Shown: positions 36,927-47,439, numbered from the stretch's first letter. The stretch: 64,000 nucleotides of DNA from Tepidisphaera sp. (GCA_050916045.1 CP051526.1:928001-992000); one strand, 5' to 3'. Notes: generated by a model not told the origin, from the sequence alone. Translations and numbers: made by a program.

Positions 36927-37020
36927 CTGGAGTTCGTGACGGACGGGCGGTGGCGGCGCATCCGGGATGGGGTCCGGGAGGGCGGGGGATGGCGGCGGGG
37001 ATCTTTTTGGAGGCTTTCCC

Positions 37021-38364
37021 ATGGCTGGTGCATCGCTTTTCGTCCTTCCGCGTTCCGTCCGTTCAGGCTTGTCCCGTCCGCGCCTTTCCCGGGTACTGAT
37101 CGCGGCGATGGTCGCGTCGGCGGGGATGTCGGTTCTCGCGCCCCAGGCTTCGGGGCAGGTGATCCAGAGTGGGGGAGCTTCGTTCGGGGTTTCGGGCGGC
37201 GGGCCGGGGGGTTCCGGGCGGACCATCACGGGCCCGATGCTCGACAAGTATGCCGGCGTGCTGGGGCTGGACGCGGCGCAGAAGGATGCCGCGAAGACGT
37301 TCCATGAGGAGTACCAGCGTCGCATCGGGGAGGCCGACAAGTCCTCGGTGGACGCTCGCAAGAAGATGCGGGAGATGATGGAGGATGGGGACCAGCAGGC
37401 CGCGATGAAGAAGCTGGGCGAGATGATGGGCGAGAGCGCCAAGATCCGCCAGGAAGCCACGACGCAGCTGATCTCCAACCTGAAGGATGTGCTCACGGAG
37501 GGCCAGGCTCCGGCGTGGGAGCGGTTCGAGCGGCTTCGCCGTCGCGAGTCCATCGGCGGCATGGGGTTCGGGATGGCCAGCGGCGCGACGGTCGATCTGA
37601 CGGACGTGATCGACACGATCAAGCTGCCCGAGGGTGAGAAAGCCAAAATCGCGGGCACGGTCGACCAGTATGAGCGGGAGATGGACGTCGCGATCCGCAA
37701 CTACGAGTCCTTCCAGGCCAAGCAGGCCGAGGAAGAGATGAAGGACGCCAAGGACGCCAAGGAAGGGGAGCCCGTCATCAGTTTTGACATGGCGAAGATG
37801 CAGGAGCGGATGGCCGCGATGCAGAAGGAGTCCGCCAAGCTGCGCGATGTGAACGCTTCGCACGTCCGAAAGATGGGCGAGAGCCTCCCGGAAGAATGGA
37901 AGAAGAGGCTCGAGAAGGAATGGATGGCTCGCGCGTACCGGCGGATCTTCGGCGAGTCGCACACGACCAAGCAGCTCAAGACCGCGGTGGGCTTCGGGGA
38001 CCTGAGCCCCGAGCAGAAAGCCAAGGTTACCGAGATGATGGAGTCGTACGCGAAGGACCTGGAAGCCGTGAACCAGCGGTGGCTTGAGGAGCAGCAGAAA
38101 GCCGAATCCGAGGGATCGGTGAATCCGTTGCCGCTGATGGGTGATGATGGCACGCCGGAGGGGCTGAAGAAGGCTCGTCAGGCTCGCCGGGATTTGGACA
38201 CGCGGTTCAGCAAGCAGCTCCGCGAGATGCTGACGGAGGAGCAGCGTGAGCGGCTTCCCAAGCGTCAGGGGGGCGGGATCATGGGCGGGGAAGGGATGGA
38301 AATCTTCACCTCCGATGACTTTGGCGGGGGCAATGTGGAGATCCAGGTGATCGGCCCGAGCTGA
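37021..38364 (+). CDS. Secreted LTxxQ-repeat helical protein, paralog of upstream gene
   Basis: LGLDAAQK.AAKTF, VLTEGQ...WERFER..RRE, DQYE..D, GFGDLSPEQK, MLTEEQ..RLP align with the neighbour. Confidence 0.75.
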   Translation: MAGASLFVLPRSVRSGLSRPRLSRVLIAAMVASAGMSVLAPQASGQVIQSGGASFGVSGGGPGGSGRTITGPMLDKYAGVLGLDAAQKDAAKTFHEEYQRRIGEADKSSVDARKKMREMMEDGDQQAAMKKLGEMMGESAKIRQEATTQLISNLKDVLTEGQAPAWERFERLRRRESIGGMGFGMASGATVDLTDVIDTIKLPEGEKAKIAGTVDQYEREMDVAIRNYESFQAKQAEEEMKDAKDAKEGEPVISFDMAKMQERMAAMQKESAKLRDVNASHVRKMGESLPEEWKKRLEKEWMARAYRRIFGESHTTKQLKTAVGFGDLSPEQKAKVTEMMESYAKDLEAVNQRWLEEQQKAESEGSVNPLPLMGDDGTPEGLKKARQARRDLDTRFSKQLREMLTEEQRERLPKRQGGGIMGGEGMEIFTSDDFGGGNVEIQVIGPS

Positions 38365-38661
38365 TTTGGCGAAAGAACGCAACCGCCGGGCCGCTCGCCC
38401 GGTATGGAAGCTGCACCGTCATGGCGGTCTGTCTGGTTCTCATCCGGGGAAGCGGGCGGAAGGCTCATGAAGGGTGCGTGCGGGCTGGCGGGAATGGCGG
38501 TGAGGGTGGTGGGGGGCAGATAGCCCTGAGGCGTCGCGTGGGGCCAACGCCTCACAAACGTGTCGGGCGTTGCGTTTGGGGTTCTGTCGGAGCGGAATGG
38601 GCTATTCTGTGTGTGTTCTGACGCGAGCCCTTATCCCTTTTTGAGCACGGACCCGCTCCCG

Positions 38662-40236
38662 ATGCCTGAATCCACTGCCACCACCGCCGCCGGTTCTCCG
38701 GCTCCCGAGATCTTGACCGAAGCGCCCCCGACGGACGCGAAGGCGACGGTGCTGCTCACGCCCGAGCGGGCGGTCCGGCTTCGCGCGTGTCCGCTTCGCC
38801 TTGAGGGTGGGTCGCTGATCGTGGCGATGCTCGACCCCAACGACTTCGAAGCGGCGGACGAGGTGAGCGTGGTCACCGGGCGGCCGGTGGTGCCGGTTGG
38901 GATCGCGGAAGAGCCTTTCGAAGAGCTGATGCGCCGTTGCTATGGCACCACGGCGGCGGCCATGGCGGCGCGGCTTGGCGGGGGGGCTCAGGAAGAGGAC
39001 CTGCTGACGAGCAATCTGGAAGCCGTCGAGGCGGACGACCTGCACCGGATGGCCGAGCAGCCCTCGCTGATCAACCTGGTGAATCTCATCCTGCTCGAAG
39101 CGATCCGGGCTCGCGCGAGCGATGTGCACGTGGAGCCGTTCGAGAAGGAACTGAAGGTCAAGTACCGGATCGACGGAGTGCTGAAGGAACAGAGCCCGCC
39201 GCCGAAGCAGCTTCAGCCGGCGATCACGAGCCGCATCAAGATCATGTCGGGGATGAACATCGCGGAGCGGTACGTGCCGCAGGACGGGCACATCACGCTT
39301 CGGTACGAGGGAAGGAAAATCGACCTTCGCGTGTCGACGGTGCCGACGCTTTACGGCGAGAGCGTCGTGATGCGAATCCTGGACAAGGAGAGCATCCGGC
39401 TGGACCTCAAGAGCCTGGGCTTGCGGGATCAGGACCGGGCGGAGATCGCCCGCGTCATCAACGTGCCGCACGGGATGTTCCTGGTGACGGGCCCGACGGG
39501 AAGCGGCAAGACGACGACGCTTTACACCTGTCTGTCGATGGTGACGGACTCGACGAAGAAGATCATCACGATCGAGGACCCTGTTGAGTATGAGCTGGGC
39601 GGGGTGAATCAGATCCCGGTCAATCCCAAGCGGGGTTTGAGTTTCGCGACGGGCTTGCGGTCGATCTTGCGTCAGGATCCGGACATCGTGATGGTGGGCG
39701 AGATCCGCGACGGAGAGACGGCGGAGATCGCGGTGCGAGCGGCGCTGACGGGCCACATGATCTTTTCGACGCTCCACACGAACAACGCGGCGGCGGCGCC
39801 GGGGCGCATGCTTGACATGGGGATCGAGCCGTTCCTGCTGGCGAGCGTGATTGAAGGCGTGCTGGGGCAGCGGCTTGGGCGGCGCATCTGTCCGCATTGC
39901 GTCACGCAGACACCGCTTCCGGAAGAAGCGAGGCAGCGTTTGAGCGAGAGCGAGCTTGCGATGTTCGCGGGCGGGATGGCGTACAAGGGCGCGGGTTGTG
40001 AGAAGTGCGACGGGACGGGGTATAGCCGGCGCGTGGCGTTCTGTGAGCTTTTCACCGCCAATCCGGCGTTCAGGGCGGGGATCGGGAAGCGTCTGCCGGC
40101 GCACGAGCTTTCGAAGACGGCTCCGGAGCATTTCGTGACGATGCGTCGCGACGGGCTGATCAAAGCGGCTTCGGGGATGACGACGCTGGCGGAGGTTTTC
40201 CGCGCGACGCAGGACACCGACGAGGGGGCCGAGTAA
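38662..40236 (+). CDS. gspE: Type II secretion ATPase GspE
   Basis: RASDVHVEP, PQDG, GESVVMRIL, GPTGSGKTTTLY, TIEDPVEY, LRQDPD..MVGEIRD, LHTN, CxxC...CxxC. Confidence 0.95.
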   Translation: MPESTATTAAGSPAPEILTEAPPTDAKATVLLTPERAVRLRACPLRLEGGSLIVAMLDPNDFEAADEVSVVTGRPVVPVGIAEEPFEELMRRCYGTTAAAMAARLGGGAQEEDLLTSNLEAVEADDLHRMAEQPSLINLVNLILLEAIRARASDVHVEPFEKELKVKYRIDGVLKEQSPPPKQLQPAITSRIKIMSGMNIAERYVPQDGHITLRYEGRKIDLRVSTVPTLYGESVVMRILDKESIRLDLKSLGLRDQDRAEIARVINVPHGMFLVTGPTGSGKTTTLYTCLSMVTDSTKKIITIEDPVEYELGGVNQIPVNPKRGLSFATGLRSILRQDPDIVMVGEIRDGETAEIAVRAALTGHMIFSTLHTNNAAAAPGRMLDMGIEPFLLASVIEGVLGQRLGRRICPHCVTQTPLPEEARQRLSESELAMFAGGMAYKGAGCEKCDGTGYSRRVAFCELFTANPAFRAGIGKRLPAHELSKTAPEHFVTMRRDGLIKAASGMTTLAEVFRATQDTDEGAE

Positions 40237-41487
40237 GTGGCGACGTTCCGTTACACCATGGCGGGGGGGGCGGCGGGCGGCGGCGGCACGGCGACGATCG
40301 ATGCGCCGGATCGCGCGGGCGCGATCCGCACGCTCCGGTCGCGCGGGGTGACGCCGGTCAAGATCGAGGCGCTCGCGGAGAATGGAGCGGTGATCGCGGC
40401 GCCGGCGGAAGGGCAGGCGGTGGCGGCGACTCCTCGTGCCAGCGGCGGGCGGATGGCGCTCGCGGATCTGGCGATGCTGATCCGTGAGCTTGCGACCGCG
40501 ATTTCGGCGGGGCTGCCGATGGTGCAGGCGCTGCGGACAATCGCGCGTTCGGGCCGCAAGCCCAAGCAGAAGGCGATTCTCGATCGCGTGATCGCGCGGA
40601 TCGAGGAGGGCAAGAGCCTCGCGGATGCGTGCGCGGCTGAGGGGCGGAGCTTTAATGACCTCACGATCAACCTCATGCGCGCGGGCGATGCCTCGGGCAA
40701 GCTGGACACGGTCTTGATGCAGGCGGCGGACCTGCTCGACCGCGATCTGAAGCTGCGTCGGAGCGTGCTTGCGGCGACGCTTTACCCGATGATCCTGGCG
40801 GGGCTGATCTCGATCGCGGTGCTTGTGATCGTGACGGTGATTGTGCCGAAGGTGGTGAAGAATCTGGGCGGCCAGTCGCTGGCGTCCTTGCCGTGGCCGA
40901 CGCGAGTGGTGCAGGGCGTGGCGGAGTTCTTCGGGACGTACTGGTGGGCGATTATCCCGGCGGCGATCGCGGCGGGGTACGGAGCGGCGTGGCTCTATCG
41001 TCAGCCGACGTTCCGCATGAAGTTCGACCGGACGCTGCTCAAGGCTCCGCTGATCGGGCGGGTGATGCGTGACGTGGCGGTGGCGCGGTTTACGCGGACG
41101 CTGGGGACGCTGACGTCCGCTGGGATTCCGGCGGTGATGGCGCTGCGGATCACGAAGGGGACGCTTGGCAACAAAGCGATGGAGAGCGTGATCGACCGCG
41201 TGTGCGAGCAGGTGTCGAGCGGTCAGACGCTGGCGGAACCGATGGAGAAGAGCGGGTACTTCCCGCCGATGCTGGTGCAGATCGTGAACCTCGGCGAGCG
41301 GTCGGGGCGGCTGGATCAATTGCTGAATCAGGCGGCGGGGGCGTTCGAGGATCGGACGGAGATGAGCGTGAAGCTGTTCATGACGGCGCTGCCGCCGCTG
41401 CTTGTGGTCGTGCTGGCGGGCGTCGTGGGATTTGTCGTGATGGCCATTCTGCTGCCTTTGCTGCAGATGCAGGAGAGTCTCGGATGA
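40237..41487 (+). CDS. gspF: Type II secretion inner-membrane platform protein GspF
   Basis: RELAT.ISAGLP...AL, EGKSLADA, AGDASGKLD, LYPMI, FPPML.Q...GERSG.LD. Confidence 0.95.
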   Translation: MATFRYTMAGGAAGGGGTATIDAPDRAGAIRTLRSRGVTPVKIEALAENGAVIAAPAEGQAVAATPRASGGRMALADLAMLIRELATAISAGLPMVQALRTIARSGRKPKQKAILDRVIARIEEGKSLADACAAEGRSFNDLTINLMRAGDASGKLDTVLMQAADLLDRDLKLRRSVLAATLYPMILAGLISIAVLVIVTVIVPKVVKNLGGQSLASLPWPTRVVQGVAEFFGTYWWAIIPAAIAAGYGAAWLYRQPTFRMKFDRTLLKAPLIGRVMRDVAVARFTRTLGTLTSAGIPAVMALRITKGTLGNKAMESVIDRVCEQVSSGQTLAEPMEKSGYFPPMLVQIVNLGERSGRLDQLLNQAAGAFEDRTEMSVKLFMTALPPLLVVVLAGVVGFVVMAILLPLLQMQESLG

Positions 41488-41918
41488 AGAATTGGAAGAG
41501 GAACGGTGCGGGTCGGGCGTTCACGATCATCGAGGTGATCGTCATCATCGTGATCATCGGCGTGATCGCGGCGGTCGTGGCTCCGCGTCTGATCAGCCGC
41601 ATCGGCCAGAGCAAGACGGCGATGGCGAAGAGCAACGCGGCGGCGCTGGCTTCGGCGATGAACACGTACATGGCCGACTGCGGGACGCCGCCGCAGGGGT
41701 CGACGATCGAGATCCTGATGGACCGTCCGAGCGACGTGACCGAGGACAAGTGGAAGGGTCCGTACGTCCAGAACCGCGACATGCTGCTTGACCCTTGGGG
41801 AAAGAAGTTCGAGCTTCGCGTGCCGGGCGAGAAGAACGTCGACTTTGACATCGTCAGTTTCGGGCTGGACGGTCAGCCAGGCGGCGAGGGCGAGAACGCG
41901 GACACCGTCGCTCCGTAA
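41484..41918 (+). CDS. gspG: Major pseudopilin GspG
   Basis: RA|FTIIEVIVIIVIIGVIAAVVAP; WKGPY, DPWG, DIVSFGLDGQPGGEGENAD. Confidence 0.93.
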   Translation: MKNWKRNGAGRAFTIIEVIVIIVIIGVIAAVVAPRLISRIGQSKTAMAKSNAAALASAMNTYMADCGTPPQGSTIEILMDRPSDVTEDKWKGPYVQNRDMLLDPWGKKFELRVPGEKNVDFDIVSFGLDGQPGGEGENADTVAP

Positions 41919-41948
41919 GCACGGGAAGGACACGAGGAAAGCGAGCGC

Positions 41949-42542
41949 ATGCGTCGGACACGGCTCCAACCCGGTCGGGCTTTCACGATGATCGAGCTGA
42001 TCGTCGTGGTGGTCATTCTCGGCGTGATGGCCGCGGCGATCGTGCCGCGCATGTTCGGGAATGAGCGTCGGGCCGCCGAGAACGAGATCAGGCAGGTCAC
42101 GTCGTTCCTGAGCACGGTCGCGAGCAGGTCGGCGCTGTCGTCGCAGAGTCTGGGCATCCGGTACAGCGCGGCCGACGGGCGGATGGAGCTTTACTCCCTC
42201 CGCGCTCGCGGCAACGCCGGGGATTTCGCCGCCGCGCGGGACTTTCTGCCCGATCCGGTGACGTTGCCGGTCAGGCTGAACCACGTCAAGCTGAGCGCGG
42301 CCACGGTGGGCGGCCTGCCCGTCGACCAGTTGCAGCTTTGGGTGGAGTTTGCGGCCGGGGCCCCGCGTCCGTCGGTCGTCATGGTTTTCGAGTTCGACAA
42401 GCGGGCCGCGTGGCACGTGGAACTGTCCGGCGACGAGTCGCAAGCGGTGTACGCCGCGACGGAGCTTACTGACAACGCGACGCCGAGGTATTCCCGCACC
42501 GACGACCTGGACAAGAAGGGAGCGAGCCAGACACCATGGTGA
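41949..42542 (+). CDS. gspH: Minor pseudopilin GspH-like
   Basis: RA|FTMIELIVVVVILGVMAAAIVP; position after gspG. Confidence 0.75.
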   Translation: MRRTRLQPGRAFTMIELIVVVVILGVMAAAIVPRMFGNERRAAENEIRQVTSFLSTVASRSALSSQSLGIRYSAADGRMELYSLRARGNAGDFAAARDFLPDPVTLPVRLNHVKLSAATVGGLPVDQLQLWVEFAAGAPRPSVVMVFEFDKRAAWHVELSGDESQAVYAATELTDNATPRYSRTDDLDKKGASQTPW

Positions 42543-42988
42543 AGCTCCGCCCCCATCGCCGCTTTGCGAGCGGGATCGCGCTGGTCGACATCGTCGTCGG
42601 CGTGGTTCTGCTGGGGATCGTCGTTGTGACGCTTCTGAATCTGCTTTCCCGCGCGGTGACGGCACAGTCGATGGGCGAGCAGATGCAGACGGCCGCGATG
42701 CTCATCGACGAGCAGTTGAACCTTGTGCTCGCTCGCGGACCGGACAATTACGCGGCGCGTTTCGGCACCGAGGGCGTCTGCGAAGCTCCGTTTGAGACCT
42801 ACCGGTATCGACTGACGTTCTCCGGCGGGACGGGCGGCGAACCGTACCTCGTGCGTGCGACGGTGGCGTGGGACGCGGGCGGGGTTGAGCGGTCCGAGTC
42901 CGTGGAGACGCTGATCGCTCCCCGCGTGGGTGAGGACACGGATCCCATTCGCCAACCCGATCAGGTGACGGAAAGGGAGGTGCAGTGA
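42536..42988 (+). CDS. gspI: Minor pseudopilin GspI-like
   Basis: SG|IALVDIVVGVVLLG variant prepilin motif; position in operon. Confidence 0.65.
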   Translation: MVKLRPHRRFASGIALVDIVVGVVLLGIVVVTLLNLLSRAVTAQSMGEQMQTAAMLIDEQLNLVLARGPDNYAARFGTEGVCEAPFETYRYRLTFSGGTGGEPYLVRATVAWDAGGVERSESVETLIAPRVGEDTDPIRQPDQVTEREVQ

Positions 42989-43743
42989 TGCGACCTCTTT
43001 CGCGTACCTTGCGGCGGCGGGTCGGCGGGTTCACGCTCGTCGAGCTCATCGTGGCGGTGGTGGTGGGCACCGTGGTGGCGGGGGCCACGACGACCGCGAT
43101 CTCGACGCTTGTGCGCGGGAAGAATCGCGCGACGGCGAGGCACGAAGCCTTCCGCCGGGCCGAGACGGCCGTCAGTCGGATCGCCGTGGATCTTCACTCG
43201 GTGATCCGCGATCGTGACTTGGCCGCGTGCCGGGTTTTGGTGACCGATTCGGGCACTTCGGGCGGCGTCGAGTCCGACGGTCTGCTGCTTTTCACGCGAT
43301 CGCTGGTTTCGGTCCGCGGGTCCGAGGGCGTGCCCGAGGGCGCGGACCGGGAAGTTCAGTACAAGCTGCTTTCCGGCGAGGCGGGCGTGGCTTCTTTGTG
43401 GCGGCGTGTGCAGCCGGGCGTGGACGATTACTCCGACGCGGGGGGTGTGGCTTCGCCGGTGGTGGACGGCGTGGTGAGTCTTTCGATCCGGGCGACGGAC
43501 AACGCGGCGTGGTTTGACAGCTGGGATTCGGATTCAAGCGGGTTCCCGCACGCGGTTTCCGTCACGGCGGTCGGCGTGTCGGACGATGGCACCGTTCGTG
43601 CGGTGGCCCGCCGCGTCATCGCGATGGATCGCACGCCGATTCCGCCGGCTTCGGACTCGACGACGGATTCGACAGGGACGACTGGTACGACCGGAACGAC
43701 GGGCACGACCGGGACCACCGGGACCACGGGAGGTGGGCGATGA
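42988..43743 (+). CDS. gspJ: Minor pseudopilin GspJ-like
   Basis: GG|FTLVELIVAVVV; EVQY, LWRR, WFDSWD....PHAV.V; C-terminal (TTG)n repeat. Confidence 0.8.
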   Translation: MRPLSRTLRRRVGGFTLVELIVAVVVGTVVAGATTTAISTLVRGKNRATARHEAFRRAETAVSRIAVDLHSVIRDRDLAACRVLVTDSGTSGGVESDGLLLFTRSLVSVRGSEGVPEGADREVQYKLLSGEAGVASLWRRVQPGVDDYSDAGGVASPVVDGVVSLSIRATDNAAWFDSWDSDSSGFPHAVSVTAVGVSDDGTVRAVARRVIAMDRTPIPPASDSTTDSTGTTGTTGTTGTTGTTGTTGGGR

Positions 43744-45056
43744 AGGCTCCATCTCGTCGTCGGCCGCGTGGATTCGCGGTTCTTCTGGTGCTTTGGGTCG
43801 CTGCGATCTCGGGCGTGCTGATCTCGGCGGCGCTGGGCCACGCGTATGCGCAAGCGGTCGCCGGTCGTGAAGCGGTGGCGCGGGTGCGGGCGCACTGGGC
43901 GGCCCGTGCAGGGCTTGAGGTTGCGATCTGCCGGGCGGAGTTTGACGCGCAGAATCCGGACACGTCCAACGCGTACGCGTTCTTTGACGACATGGCGGCT
44001 TCGGGCGACGGTCAGGTGTCGGATGCGGCGTTCCGGCTGGCGTATTCGGATCCGCGCGGCACGAAGATCGGCGTGCAGGATGCGCACCTCAAGCTCAACA
44101 TCAATCTGCTCAACGCGGCTCAACTCGCGACTCTTCCCGACATGGCCGAGGATGGTCCGGACTCGATTCTGGACTGGATCGATAGCGATGACGACACGAA
44201 GCCCCTGGGCGCCGAGCGGAGCTATTACGAAGCTCAGAAGTATCCGATCACGATCCGCAACGGCAACTTCCGTTCGATCGCGGAGCTTGAGCTCGTCGTC
44301 GGGATGACCCCCGAGCTTGTTCGGGGCGAGGATTGGAACCTCAACGGCCGGCTGGACCCGAACGAGGACGATGGCGAAGCGTCGTGGCCGCCGGACAACG
44401 CCGACGGAACGCTTCAAGCGGGGTTGTCGGCGATTCTGACGGCGTCGAGCGTCGACGGCGGCTTGGCGGCTTCGGGCCAGGCGCGGCTTGACCTGACGAC
44501 GGCGTCTGCGGCGCAGGTGATCGAGCGAACGGGCGTGGAGCCGGCCCAAGCGGCGGCGGTCGTGGGGTATGGCGCGAGCAGCGGGGCGACGATGACCGAG
44601 TTCATCCGCCGCAACCTCGGCCAGCTCGCTCAGACCGCGGGGATTCCCAACGCCAACACCGTGCGAAACCTGGATCGTGAGCAGCTCGCCGCGGTGATCG
44701 GCGAGTGCTCGATCGGAGCTGCGTCGTCTGGGGCGCCGGGCAAGCTCAACATCAACACCTGCGAAGCGGAGACGCTTCAGTACATCCCGGAGATCACTCC
44801 GGCGTTGGCTGATGCGATCATTCTGGAGCGGTCGGGGCGTCCGGAGGGGTTCCAGTCGATCGTGGACCTTCTGGATGTGCCTTCGATGACGCGTCAGCGG
44901 CTCTCGCGGATCGCGGGTATCTTGGACACGCGTTCGAACGCGTTCATCGTCTCCTCGCGGGGACGCGACGCGAAAACTGGCATCGAGGTTGAAATCGTGG
45001 CGACGGTCGATCGTTCGACCCTCCCGGCCACCATCACGGAGATCCGGATTCAATGA
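43740..45056 (+). CDS. gspK: Minor pseudopilin GspK
   Basis: RG|FAVLLVLW; KLNIN, ILDWIDSDD....GAE..YY, N..F.SI.EL.LV.G, KLNINT. Confidence 0.9.
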   Translation: MKAPSRRRPRGFAVLLVLWVAAISGVLISAALGHAYAQAVAGREAVARVRAHWAARAGLEVAICRAEFDAQNPDTSNAYAFFDDMAASGDGQVSDAAFRLAYSDPRGTKIGVQDAHLKLNINLLNAAQLATLPDMAEDGPDSILDWIDSDDDTKPLGAERSYYEAQKYPITIRNGNFRSIAELELVVGMTPELVRGEDWNLNGRLDPNEDDGEASWPPDNADGTLQAGLSAILTASSVDGGLAASGQARLDLTTASAAQVIERTGVEPAQAAAVVGYGASSGATMTEFIRRNLGQLAQTAGIPNANTVRNLDREQLAAVIGECSIGAASSGAPGKLNINTCEAETLQYIPEITPALADAIILERSGRPEGFQSIVDLLDVPSMTRQRLSRIAGILDTRSNAFIVSSRGRDAKTGIEVEIVATVDRSTLPATITEIRIQ

Positions 45057-46810
45057 CACCAGCCCCGGTGACAACACGGAAGAAGAAATCAGGCACGCTC
45101 GCGGCGCTGGATCGTCGCGGCGGCGCCTGGCGGCTGGTCATCGACCGGCGGGCACGCGGTTCGGGGTTCGAGACGTCGACGCTGAGCGATGCCGATCTTG
45201 CGACGCTAGGCGACAAGCTTGCCAAAGCCGGTGTGACGCGTCTGATCCGCGTCGCGCCCGCGTGCGAGTGCCTGGCCAAGATCGACGCGACCCCGGACGC
45301 CGCGGGGGACGAGCTTGTCGCCGCTCTGAGCCTCCTTGGTGAAGCCGGGCTTCCCGAGGACGTGCCGTCGCACCGCCGCGCTGCGGGCTTTGTCGGTACT
45401 CCCGCGCGGGTGCTGGTCACCGGCTGGATGCGTCGGGAAGCCGTGTCGCCCCGGTTGACGCTCGGCGGGATCGAGGAGTCCTGGATCACCGAGCCCGCCG
45501 CGGTGCTCGCCATCGCCAACGGGGAGGGGTTCGAGCTTGTGTCGTGGGATCGCGAGCTTGGCTCGATCCTCGCGGTCAAGACCGTGGGAGAGAAGCCGTT
45601 GGTGCGGTGCGTCCGCGCGGACGGGACGGATGCGGACGCTTGGGCCCGCTCGCTTGCTTCGGCGGCGAGGTCCGTGGGGCTCGAAGGGACGTCCTCGTTC
45701 ACGGCTCCACGCGGCATCGCGACCGACACCGCGACCTTGGGCGCGGCGAACGTTTCGGACTCGATGGCTTCGGGAGAGTACGGGCCCGCAGTGGGGGCTC
45801 TGATCGTCGGAAGTGGTGAAGAAACAGCCGCTCCGCTCGCCATGCTTCGATCGGGAACCGACAGCGCCCGCGAGTCTTCGGTCATCCGCGCGGCCCGGTG
45901 GGTCAGCGTGCCCAGGCGTGCGGTCATCGTCGGAGCGGCGTGCCTCGCCGTCTGTGCTTTGGCCCCGATGGCGATGGCTTGGGTTCGCCTTCAGGTCGTG
46001 ACGTCGAAGCTCGACGCGGTCCAGGGGAACGGTGCGAAGGAATCACGCGAGCGGCTGACCAAGGACGCCGCGATGTACCGCCAGCTCGAGCAGTCCCGCT
46101 GGCCGATGACGAAGTTGATGGCGGATGTTTCCAACGCGACGCCGGTGGGCGTCGTCATGGAAAGTCTGACGCTCGAACGCGAGGGAAGCCAGGCCGTCGT
46201 CATGAAGGGCCGCGCTGATTCTCCGGAAGTGCTCGCGCTGCTCCAGAAGAACCTCGTGCAGACGGGTGTGATGGCCGACGTCAAGCTCAGCGCCGAAGCC
46301 GACGGCTCGGGCGTCACGTTCTCGCTTCAGGCAAAGGTCATTTCGCCGCGGTCTGCTTCGCGATTGGCCGACGACTTCGGCAAGAAGACGCTTCAGGATC
46401 GGATCTATGACGGCGGGTCTACGCCTGTCGCCGGCGCGGTGCCCGCCGATGCGGCCCGGGCTGATCCGATGGCCGCGGAAGACGAGGATGAAGCGCCCGT
46501 CCGCACCTCCGACAGCGGCAGGGCCGGTACGAACGGTGGCGGCGACGGTGGATCCCGCAACGGCAACGGCGGATCGCGAGCCGGCGAATCGGCGACCGCG
46601 GGAGAGACGAACAAGGCGCTCAAGCCTGTCGATGTTCCGCCGCCTCTCACGGATGAGCAGATCGCGGCGATGGACAAGTCCACCGCCACCAAGGAATGGG
46701 CGGCGCGAAGAGCCGCGTTCCAGCGGGCGAGCACTTCGCCCGAGGATAAAGCACGATTGGAAGCCGAAGTGAAGAAACTCGAGCCGAAGTGGAAGGGGGG
46801 CGGCTCATGA
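45053..46810 (+). CDS. GspL/PilM-PilN-like assembly platform protein
   Basis: Cytoplasmic domain, single TM, PilN-like 'L..VS.ATP.GV...SL.......V.MKG.A' segment; position after gspK. Confidence 0.6.
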   Translation: MTPAPVTTRKKKSGTLAALDRRGGAWRLVIDRRARGSGFETSTLSDADLATLGDKLAKAGVTRLIRVAPACECLAKIDATPDAAGDELVAALSLLGEAGLPEDVPSHRRAAGFVGTPARVLVTGWMRREAVSPRLTLGGIEESWITEPAAVLAIANGEGFELVSWDRELGSILAVKTVGEKPLVRCVRADGTDADAWARSLASAARSVGLEGTSSFTAPRGIATDTATLGAANVSDSMASGEYGPAVGALIVGSGEETAAPLAMLRSGTDSARESSVIRAARWVSVPRRAVIVGAACLAVCALAPMAMAWVRLQVVTSKLDAVQGNGAKESRERLTKDAAMYRQLEQSRWPMTKLMADVSNATPVGVVMESLTLEREGSQAVVMKGRADSPEVLALLQKNLVQTGVMADVKLSAEADGSGVTFSLQAKVISPRSASRLADDFGKKTLQDRIYDGGSTPVAGAVPADAARADPMAAEDEDEAPVRTSDSGRAGTNGGGDGGSRNGNGGSRAGESATAGETNKALKPVDVPPPLTDEQIAAMDKSTATKEWAARRAAFQRASTSPEDKARLEAEVKKLEPKWKGGGS

Positions 46811-47439
46811 GCGTCGTGGACCAATATCGCGAGCTTCCCCGCGCCGGGAAGTGGGGCGTGTGGGCTCTGGCGGGCCTGGCTTTCTATTTCCTCGTCGTTG
46901 AGGTCGCGGTGGAGCGTTGGTCCACCTGGACCACGCAGGCCGCCGTGAAGGAGGCTCAGCTCCGCGAATGGAGCGGGTCGTCGGAAGCTCGCAAAGCGGA
47001 CGAGTCCACCGTGATGAACGGCACGCGACTCTTTGGCCAGGTGGCTTTCCCCGGTCCCGAAGCGGAGCGTTCGCAGGCTTTGCGTTCCCGAATCGCCGAA
47101 GTGCTCAAGAAGCACGGCGTGCGTGAGTATGAGGAACGCGGCCGCGAGTTCCTGCTCGAGCGCGGGCCGCTGAACGCCGCCGTGGGGACGGGTTCGCGTG
47201 TTCGGCGCATCGTGCGGGACGTGACGTTCGAAGCCACGCCGGACACGATGACGCTCATCCTCGCCGACCTCGAGCGGGCCCCCGAGGTTTCGACCATCTC
47301 GAATGTGTCGGCTCGCAAGACGACGGCGTCGGGCAACCGAGGCGGGTCGTCGCGAAATCTGAGCATCCGGATCGCCGTGGAGACGTGGGGTCTCGCCCGC
47401 GAAGCCGCGCCCGTCCAGCCGACGGGAGGTGGAGTTTGA
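46807..47439 (+). CDS. GspM/PilO-like protein
   Basis: N-terminal TM, coiled coil, 'VTFEA......L..LE' ferredoxin-like segment; position. Confidence 0.55.
   Translation: MSVVDQYRELPRAGKWGVWALAGLAFYFLVVEVAVERWSTWTTQAAVKEAQLREWSGSSEARKADESTVMNGTRLFGQVAFPGPEAERSQALRSRIAEVLKKHGVREYEERGREFLLERGPLNAAVGTGSRVRRIVRDVTFEATPDTMTLILADLERAPEVSTISNVSARKTTASGNRGGSSRNLSIRIAVETWGLAREAAPVQPTGGGV

Noticed and set aside
35391..41319. Long minus-strand ORFs (769, 439, 905 aa)
   Set aside because: Antisense shadows of the LTxxQ proteins and gspE/gspF.
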